The notes below the pieces were generated by a model. It was not told the DNA's origin. It was given only the letters and a program-made list of their open reading frames with translations, and did not search any database. A stretch of DNA of 64,000 bases. Origin: Ruthenibacterium sp. (GTDB taxonomy: Bacteria > Bacillota > Clostridia > Oscillospirales > Ruminococcaceae). The translations under genes were made by a program, and so were the position numbers. This document shows positions 57,169 through 64,000 of this stretch, in pieces; position 1 is the stretch's first letter, and each line of letters starts with the position of its first letter. Location of the stretch: the NCBI GenBank assembly GCA_036642215.1, contig JAVXUG010000001.1, positions 11,896-75,895 of the forward strand. The letters are read 5' to 3'.

Positions 57169-58644
57169 TCAAACCTGCGGTATTTCAAAATGAATCATGG
57201 TGAATTTTTTTGTATCTGCATCATAGGTAGCGCCGATGGTCGGCATTTTCATAATTTTATCGTACAGCAAAATGCGAAGTCCGTTCTGAGCCGGAAATTT
57301 TGATTCTCCGTTCTGATAAATATCCGACGCATTTGTCGCGCCTCCGTTGCTTTTCAGCTCAAATTCCCAGTCACCGCAAGCAACTGCTTTTTGCAGCAGC
57401 TCATCCCCTGCTTCCTCGTATACCTTGCCGTCATCCAGCACGGCAAGATAGCTTGTATCCGGCGTATGAAATACCGCTTCTATCTGTGTCAGCCCAAGCC
57501 CTCTGCAGGCATTTTTAAAGGCATCCGGCAGCCCCGTCAGCTTTGAATTTGCCGTAATCATAATGGTGTAATCCTTGCTTTGCTGCGCAAGCCAGGACAC
57601 AAATTGCGCCGACTCCTTGGGCGCATGATCCACCACCCACATCATGCGATAAAAGCTCTCTGCCGCATGGTCGTGTTCGTCACGGGCAGGATTTTCCTCC
57701 GGCGGCTGCAATTTGCAGGAAGCCTTCAAAAATTTTCCAAGATCGCGCGTGACAACCAAGCCCCCGGCGGGGTTTACATGTCCCGCATTGTACATCTGCG
57801 TTGTAAAGTCAAACCCGATTTGCTTTCCGCGCACATCGCAATAATTCAAAAATGGGATGCCGTTTTCTTTTGCATATTCCGCCAGCCACGCAAAGATAGG
57901 CTGCTCCTTCTCTGTATATTGGTACGGTGTCATTGTAAAAACAAGCTGTAAGCCCTTGTTTCTGCACAGCTTTACAATCTTATCAAGCCACTTCACAGCG
58001 GTCGGATACGGCTCCTGCGGTGTCAAGCCCTCAGCGGGTGCAGGCACATGACACGACTGCGTTGCTATACGCGGCAGGTATCCCTTTAAATAGCTTTTCT
58101 GCTTGTGTGCATCGTACAGAAAAAAGTTTTCATCAATGAACTTCCAGCGCGTATGATAACGAACCAGCGGCAGAAAATCAACCGGGTTTCTTCTGTCCTC
58201 TCCACAAGTTGCCACAGTTTGCGTCATCGCAAGAGAGTTTAAGGAAGCATCCAGTTTAAACGCATTTTTATAGTTGGAATCATCCACATAGGTAGGTGTT
58301 TCCGCCGTATTGCCGTACATCATCCCATAAAGATCAAGCACTACGGCACTTGGATTTTGTGTGCGCAAGGCTTCTTTGATATAATAATATGAAATCCACA
58401 TGGTCTGATCCCAAGAATACACATTATGGGAAGAAATTCCATATTCTTTCCACAGTACCCCCGGTATAAAAGTACAATTTGCATGACTGGAGCCTACCAG
58501 AAGAACATCCACAGTGTTTTCGGGTTCGGAATAAAAACCGGCAAGCAGCGTGTCACGTTCCCGCAAAAAATAGCTGAGCCATGATAGCGTAAGTACGCAC
58601 AGCAGAGCAAATGCGGCAAAACGAACCCCTTGTCTTTTTGTCAT
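57169..58644 (-). CDS. Membrane-anchored SGNH/DltD/AlgJ-like extracellular protein
   Basis: N-terminal TM; VLLVGSSHA (GxS block) and MYNAGHVN (position of the DxxH block); located between the MBOAT and A-domain genes. Confidence 0.7.
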   Translation of the reverse strand: MTKRQGVRFAAFALLCVLTLSWLSYFLRERDTLLAGFYSEPENTVDVLLVGSSHANCTFIPGVLWKEYGISSHNVYSWDQTMWISYYYIKEALRTQNPSAVVLDLYGMMYGNTAETPTYVDDSNYKNAFKLDASLNSLAMTQTVATCGEDRRNPVDFLPLVRYHTRWKFIDENFFLYDAHKQKSYLKGYLPRIATQSCHVPAPAEGLTPQEPYPTAVKWLDKIVKLCRNKGLQLVFTMTPYQYTEKEQPIFAWLAEYAKENGIPFLNYCDVRGKQIGFDFTTQMYNAGHVNPAGGLVVTRDLGKFLKASCKLQPPEENPARDEHDHAAESFYRMMWVVDHAPKESAQFVSWLAQQSKDYTIMITANSKLTGLPDAFKNACRGLGLTQIEAVFHTPDTSYLAVLDDGKVYEEAGDELLQKAVACGDWEFELKSNGGATNASDIYQNGESKFPAQNGLRILLYDKIMKMPTIGATYDADTKKFTMIHFEIPQV

Positions 58645-58659
58645 TCCTCTGTTCCTCCG

Positions 58660-60222
58660 TTAAAATTTAAAATAGATAAACGGTGTCGGGTCATATCCCG
58701 GTCCATATACGCCAAACAGCACAACGGACACAATGCCGCCAAGCAGAATAAACCAGCGAATGGGAAGCTCCTGCCGGTTGATCCAGTCGCGCACGCTGCC
58801 CTTGCGGCTTGCAAGACTTACACAAAGCAGCACAAGCATTGCGATAGCCGCAACGGCAAGTTCTTTTGTGTCAAGGCCAAGATTTTGAATAAACGGACCA
58901 AACAGCACCCATGGATTCCATTTTGAAAACAGCCGCACGGTTAAATCCTTTGCCATGGTGAGACTTGTGCTGCGAAAAATCATTTCTCCGAAGCACACAA
59001 GGAAAAAGGTGCGAAGAATCTGAATGATTTTAAAGCATTGACTTTGCCGGTTTACGTGCAGCAAACCGCTGACGCGGTCAAAGAGCGGAGCCGCCGCCAT
59101 TCCCAAAATGACAAGACAGCCGTGATACAGTCCAAACGCTATGTACTGCATTCCCTCACCGTGCCACAGCCCATTGCACATCCAAAGTGCCAGGAGAGAG
59201 AGGCAGGCCGGCAGCCATTTTCCGGCGGTTTTCCCAAAATGCTTTGCAGACCATTTCCCAAGCTTTGCCATCGGCTTGCTGAGTGTCAGCGGATAGAACA
59301 CATAGTCGCGCAGCCATGTGCCAAGCGTAATGTGCCAGCGCCGCCAAAACTCCGAGATGCTTTTGCTGAAAAAAGGGCGTTTGAAATTTTCCGCATAGGA
59401 AATGCCAAACAGTTCCCCCACGCCACAGGCGATATCAATGCCGCCGGAAAAATCCGCATACAGTTGAATGGTGTAAAGTGCCGCGCCGATTGCAATCTCA
59501 AATCCCTCGTAGCGCCCATACGCTTCAAAAATAGATGTCACAATAATATTCAGCCTGTCTGCAATCACCAGCTTTTTAAAATATCCCCAAAGCATACGTT
59601 CCAAGCCCAGCACGAACCGGTCATAATCAAAGGCATGCTCTGCGCACAGCTGCGGCGCAAGCTGGTCAAACCGACTGATAGGTCCCTCAATGATTTGCGG
59701 AAAAAACATCGTGAACAGCAGCGTTTTTAAAAGACTTTTTTCTGGCTTTACCTTGCGGTGATACACATCAATGACATATCCCAGCACCTGCAAGGTATAA
59801 AAAGAAATGCCGACAGGCATCAGCAGGCGCATCTGCGGCAAAAAGGCAAGCTGTTCTGCTGCCATATTATAAAATTTAAAACAAAAAAGCAAGCCGAGAT
59901 TCGCTGCCAAAAACAGCAGCAAAACAATGCGAGACCGGCTCTTGTACTTCTTTTGCAGCTCTTTTTTTGCAGCGCGATCCAATGCGGGATTGGCTGCAAG
60001 CGCGGCCTGCTGCGCGGCGTACTGTGCGCCCATCCACTGCGCAGCCATCCATGTGGTGATGCCCGAAAAAAGGACAAACGCAATATATTTTTTTCCAAGC
60101 ATTGCGTAAAAAACAAGGCTGAATCCTAAAAGCAGCAGCCATTGAAAACGCTTGGGAAGCAAATAATACGCCAAAACGCATACCGCCAAAAACAGGCCAA
60201 ATTCTAATGTTGTAAAAAGCAT
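58660..60222 (-). CDS. MBOAT-family O-acyltransferase (DltB/AlgI-like)
   Basis: PVGISFYTLQ, YVIDVY, FFPQIIEGPI, YADFSGG, ENFKRPF, EFWRRWHITL and GLWHG. Confidence 0.95.
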   Translation of the reverse strand: MLFTTLEFGLFLAVCVLAYYLLPKRFQWLLLLGFSLVFYAMLGKKYIAFVLFSGITTWMAAQWMGAQYAAQQAALAANPALDRAAKKELQKKYKSRSRIVLLLFLAANLGLLFCFKFYNMAAEQLAFLPQMRLLMPVGISFYTLQVLGYVIDVYHRKVKPEKSLLKTLLFTMFFPQIIEGPISRFDQLAPQLCAEHAFDYDRFVLGLERMLWGYFKKLVIADRLNIIVTSIFEAYGRYEGFEIAIGAALYTIQLYADFSGGIDIACGVGELFGISYAENFKRPFFSKSISEFWRRWHITLGTWLRDYVFYPLTLSKPMAKLGKWSAKHFGKTAGKWLPACLSLLALWMCNGLWHGEGMQYIAFGLYHGCLVILGMAAAPLFDRVSGLLHVNRQSQCFKIIQILRTFFLVCFGEMIFRSTSLTMAKDLTVRLFSKWNPWVLFGPFIQNLGLDTKELAVAAIAMLVLLCVSLASRKGSVRDWINRQELPIRWFILLGGIVSVVLFGVYGPGYDPTPFIYFKF

Positions 60223-60464
60223 TATGCCTATCCGTCCTTTGCACAAGAAATTACCGTATGGGAGGGCTTTTTCTTTCATTGAAAAATTGTGGTAAATATC
60301 GTAAAATATGCAGAAAATTAAATTGCAAGCAGCTGTTTCCTAATTATACCATAGGATTGACGGTCTTTTCCACTTTTTATGCCATTTAACAGTTCATGAA
60401 CTTAAAAAAATGCGCAAAGCTTACAGGAATATTCTGTCTGACAAGCCATCCATACAGCCTTGTC

Positions 60465-60615
60465 ACCGCAAAGACGAGCAGCATGATCCGTCTATAGCGG
60501 TTTTTCTAGACCTTGATGCTTTTTACAGCTTGCGAAACTGCGATCCATCCCCGTGCAGGGCGATTCTATGTGCCGGTCATAGACGATGCATGGGTGCAAT
60601 GTGAAATCACATTGC
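60465..60615 (+). repeat. Dispersed palindromic intergenic repeat, copy B
   Basis: Collinear with copy A: accgcaaa..gatcc..tatagcggttt..gatgctttttacag..gcgaaactgc..gggcgattctatgtgccgg..GCAATGTGaaatCACATTGC. Confidence 0.75.
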
Positions 60616-60702
60616 GATATTGACAATCCCTCTGTTTTCTGTGCCTTTTCAATTTATCAATTTTATTGCTGTTTATAAAACGCGTGTCGCCTGTTTTTTA
60701 TT

Positions 60703-61719
60703 TCACGCCATTCGAATACGGCTCTGAATGCGCACCTCCTTCAAAGCACCCTCCGCCCACCAGCCGCACGCAAACACGTCATTTCCGCGCTGTGTCGTCA
60801 AGTGAATCAATTGCTGTGCCGCTTCGTCTATCAGCGCATTGTACCGCTGCAGCGCCTGTCGGGCGCTGTCCCCTTGCAGTGCTCGTCCGTTTTGCGTCAG
60901 ACTTTCTGTCTTGCCGCAAAGCTGAATGAAAAGCATACCGTTGTCGTCGATTTCACGCTGCAAAAACAATTGCTGCGTGCGCAGCGTCGTCTGTGTTTTT
61001 TCAATTGACTGGGTTGTTTCAAGGCTTTGTGCTTTCCCCGAAAGCAGCAAGGTCAGCTGCATGGCAAGATCACGCAGCGTACACAGCGGCGTTCCGCTGT
61101 CATACAGCATCAGCTCCTCCACGCCCGTAAATTCATTCGCGTGTATTTGCAGAATGGGAAGATAACCATAAAAGTGCTCGTTTTCATCATAGCGAATCTC
61201 GTGAACACCGCATACCTTACTGCCCTTCCCTTTGCTTTTTTGCATCAATCGTTCGCTTTCCTCCACCACAACCGACACCTTTTCTTCCAACTGCGAAAAT
61301 TCCTCCCGTGTTGTATCCGTCAAAAACACAGATAAATTGGCGCGCGATACTTCCTCCGCACCAAAGTACAAAAGATAGTCTGACGCGCTGTCAAAGGTGT
61401 GCGGGCCAAGCAGCAAAAGACGATTTTGTGCATAAAACGGTTTTTTATTTTGCTTTTTTTCTGCCGCCTTCAGTGCCTGCTCGATGGTGGCACCCTCACC
61501 GGTATAAATGCGTGCCTCGCTCCGTGCCTCTGCCGTATTGGCACTGGGCGCGCAGGTGTAAACAACCAGAGCCGACTGCACCATCCCGTTCGACTCATCC
61601 AGATAGATTCCTTTTACAATCGCGCGCTCACTGAGGGGTACAAACGTACTGCACCCGCAAAAAGCAAGACTTAGGATCATGCACTGTGCCAAAAGGATCA
61701 CAGCTCTTTTTTTACCCAT
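60703..61719 (-). CDS. Ger(x)C-family germination receptor lipoprotein
   Basis: Lipobox-like LAFCGC, ERAIVKGIYLD, GEGATIEQAL and KPFYAQNRLLLLG; third gene of the gerA-B-C operon. Confidence 0.78.
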   Translation of the reverse strand: MGKKRAVILLAQCMILSLAFCGCSTFVPLSERAIVKGIYLDESNGMVQSALVVYTCAPSANTAEARSEARIYTGEGATIEQALKAAEKKQNKKPFYAQNRLLLLGPHTFDSASDYLLYFGAEEVSRANLSVFLTDTTREEFSQLEEKVSVVVEESERLMQKSKGKGSKVCGVHEIRYDENEHFYGYLPILQIHANEFTGVEELMLYDSGTPLCTLRDLAMQLTLLLSGKAQSLETTQSIEKTQTTLRTQQLFLQREIDDNGMLFIQLCGKTESLTQNGRALQGDSARQALQRYNALIDEAAQQLIHLTTQRGNDVFACGWWAEGALKEVRIQSRIRMA

Positions 61720-62711
61720 ATCGTCCTCCCCTGTACACTGAGTACGCACGCAGCCAGCGCCGACAAGCTTGTCACTGCCGCTTGCCGCACAGCAGAGTGC
61801 ATTGCGGCGGCAGCCACAATGGCGATGAAAAGCAGCACGAACAGAATCCCGCGCCGCTTGCCTGCAGACAGCGCCGGCTTGAGAGCATAGAGCGCCTGTG
61901 CCGCCGCGCACAGCAGGATAGTACATTTCATCAGCATTGCAAGCAGCCAGACGCACAGATGAATTGCGTCAAGTCGGTGAAATACAGAAAGCCCGCCCAA
62001 CCGCGCCAGCGTATACATCGTCTGCGAATATTGCTGCGCACCGGTGCCCAGCACCAGTTCCGACAAAATTGCACCGCTGATTTGTACGACCGCAAGGCCG
62101 ATCAGCCCCCACGTCATTTTTTTCACGGGAAGCGCACCTTCCTGTTTGGAAGGCAGAACCCCAAACAGCAGCAGTGCCGATGGAAAGCGAAAATACACCA
62201 CGCACGCGCGCAGCAGATTTCCGGCTTTCGGCTCTGCGGGCTGTAGGTTCGTCACTTGCAGCTTGTCCAAATTTGCAATCCATAACAAAACAGCCGATGC
62301 CGCCAGCAGCCACAGCAGCAGCCCCGTTGCCCGCGAAAGCGCAGACCATCCGCAGTCGCACGCATAAAAGGCGACCAGCAAAAGCACCGCCAGCGTAATT
62401 GCTTCCGGCAGCGGTGTATCAATGCAAAAGCGATAAAATTGCTCCATATCCAAAAAAATGCAGGCAGATGAAAGCAACAGCGCCGCTCCTGACACGCCGT
62501 ACCATAATCTTCCCGCTCTTTCGGCGGTTGCATTGCTCCACAGCAAGACAACTAGACCGCACAACAGCGCAGTATCCAGCAGCACCGCCCACGTCGTCTC
62601 CCAAGCGGAAAATCTTTCCGTCTGACCAAATTGCATGATGAACGCATCACAGACAAGCGCCGCAGCATAAAGAGGCCACCTCCGGTCAGTGTCAAGGCTT
62701 TTCGCTTTCAT
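61698..62711 (-). CDS. GerAB/GerKB-like membrane germination protein
   Basis: About 10 TM segments with C-terminal HRLDAIHLCVW; lies between gerA and gerC. Confidence 0.75.
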   Translation of the reverse strand: MKAKSLDTDRRWPLYAAALVCDAFIMQFGQTERFSAWETTWAVLLDTALLCGLVVLLWSNATAERAGRLWYGVSGAALLLSSACIFLDMEQFYRFCIDTPLPEAITLAVLLLVAFYACDCGWSALSRATGLLLWLLAASAVLLWIANLDKLQVTNLQPAEPKAGNLLRACVVYFRFPSALLLFGVLPSKQEGALPVKKMTWGLIGLAVVQISGAILSELVLGTGAQQYSQTMYTLARLGGLSVFHRLDAIHLCVWLLAMLMKCTILLCAAAQALYALKPALSAGKRRGILFVLLFIAIVAAAAMHSAVRQAAVTSLSALAACVLSVQGRTIWVKKEL

Positions 62712-64000
62712 TTGCCCTCTCCCCCTTTGTATGTTTCCAAACACTGTAATGCGAATGCATCAGCCGTTTCCAGCCGGCACGAATCAGGCCGTCCCGAAGC
62801 GCGGCGCTGCTCGCCGGTGCAAAAGGCTCCGTGTACGGCAAGCCCATCACCTGCATACTGCAGGCATTGAGAAGCATCCAGAATGCAAGCACTACAATCC
62901 CAAGCGGCCCCAAAATCCCTCCCGCCAAAATAAAAGCAACACGCAGCCCCGTGACAGGCTCATACAGCGACGGCACCACATAGCCGCAGATCGCGGTCAG
63001 CGCAATGACGATAACGGTGGGGGTTCCCACAAGTCCCGCGCTGATGGCCGCATCCCCTACAATCAGCGCAGCAACAAGGCTGACCGACTGACCAATGGGC
63101 TTTGGCATGCGCAGACCTGCTTCCCGCACAAGCTCAAGCAAAAAATTCACAAAAAGCGCTTCTAAAAACAGCGGGAGCGGCGTTGCCTGCTCTGCCGCCG
63201 CAATGCGGTACAAAAGCTGCTGCGGAAGCAGCTCCGGCGTAAAATTCACAATGGCGACAAATACGCCCGGCAGCATGACGGCAATAAAGAACGCCGTATA
63301 TTTTAAGAGACGTACAAACGAGGCAAAATATGCTTTTTCGGTATAGTCATCCATGCTCTGAAAGTTTTCGCTGAAAAAGTGCGGTACAATCATAGCAAAC
63401 GGACTTCCGTTCACCAGAATGACTATTTTACCCTCACAAATTTTTGCTGCCGCAGTATCGGGTCGTTCCGTGTAGCCAACCGCTTGAAACGCCCCAAAGC
63501 TTCCCTCGCGCAGAAAGGCGGCCAGATATCCCGTATCAAACACAAACGGAAGTCTCGCTTTTTCAAGGCGCGCATACAGCTCCGCAAGAATTTTTTTTGG
63601 CACAAGGCTCGCGCTGTACAGCACAGCCATCTCCGTCTGCGTTTTTTCCCCGATGCGGCGCATCTCCACGCGCAAATCGCCCGTGCGAATCAAACGGCGC
63701 ACAAGGCTGATATTGACACGCAGCGGCTCCGTAAAGCCCTCCTTGCTGCCGCGCAGGTTTCCTTCGCTGCCCGCCTCCTGCACGGAGCGAAATTGCAGAC
63801 TTTGCGTGGCAATTGCCACGGCTCTTGCGCTGCCGTCAATCAGCACAACCCCCGCGCCGCTTGTCAGGCGTGTGCAGACGCTTTCCACGCTGTTTACGCT
63901 CTGCGTTTCAAGCGGAATTGCCGTGTCGTTCATCAAATATTGAAACAGCCCGTCTGCATCTGCGGGCGGTGCAGTCTCCTTGCTCAATCCGTCCAGCATC
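62692..64000 (-). CDS. GerA/GerKA-family spore germination protein (5' end outside the window)
   Basis: RGSKEGFTE, NISLVRR, YTERPD, GKIVILVNGSP, LVREAGLRMPKPIGQSVSLVAALIVGDAAISAG. Confidence 0.93.
   Translation of the reverse strand, partial: MLDGLSKETAPPADADGLFQYLMNDTAIPLETQSVNSVESVCTRLTSGAGVVLIDGSARAVAIATQSLQFRSVQEAGSEGNLRGSKEGFTEPLRVNISLVRRLIRTGDLRVEMRRIGEKTQTEMAVLYSASLVPKKILAELYARLEKARLPFVFDTGYLAAFLREGSFGAFQAVGYTERPDTAAAKICEGKIVILVNGSPFAMIVPHFFSENFQSMDDYTEKAYFASFVRLLKYTAFFIAVMLPGVFVAIVNFTPELLPQQLLYRIAAAEQATPLPLFLEALFVNFLLELVREAGLRMPKPIGQSVSLVAALIVGDAAISAGLVGTPTVIVIALTAICGYVVPSLYEPVTGLRVAFILAGGILGPLGIVVLAFWMLLNACSMQVMGLPYTEPFAPASSAALRDGLIRAGWKRLMHSHYSVWKHTKGERANESEKP

Overview
64 kb of ordinary-looking chromosome from a spore-forming Clostridia-class Firmicute. 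The gene order and content suggest Oscillospiraceae/Ruminococcaceae, which is an inference. Housekeeping blocks are comEC-holA-rnmV, alaS and pheST (each with a T-box leader), acpS, ireB, dnaD-dnaC, hprK-PHP-ROK-murB-rapZ-whiA-dnaE-pfkA and a gerA/B/C operon. Three accessory-type systems stand out. (1) A translationally coupled 9-gene operon (32630-41865) joins a nitrogenase-like H/D/K reductase that lacks the FeMo-co ligands to HydE- and HydF-type [FeFe]-hydrogenase maturases (no HydG or HydA in the window), a FecCD/BtuCDF-type ABC importer and two TM1266-type domains, one of them fused to the ABC ATPase. It sits behind a structured, terminator-containing leader and is the best candidate for an undescribed system. 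(2) A type IV pilus/T2SS-like cluster has a PilT ATPase but no PilB, four pilin-like proteins, a transglutaminase lipoprotein and a BTAD regulator ending in a degenerate GGDEF-like domain. (3) A Dlt-like MBOAT/SGNH/adenylation/PLP-decarboxylase/ACP cluster may decarboxylate a carrier-bound amino acid before transferring it to a surface polymer. A degenerate, modular palindromic intergenic repeat family also occurs about five times. I found no rRNA, tRNA, CRISPR array, transposase or prophage. All annotations come from reading motifs by eye; no database search was run.
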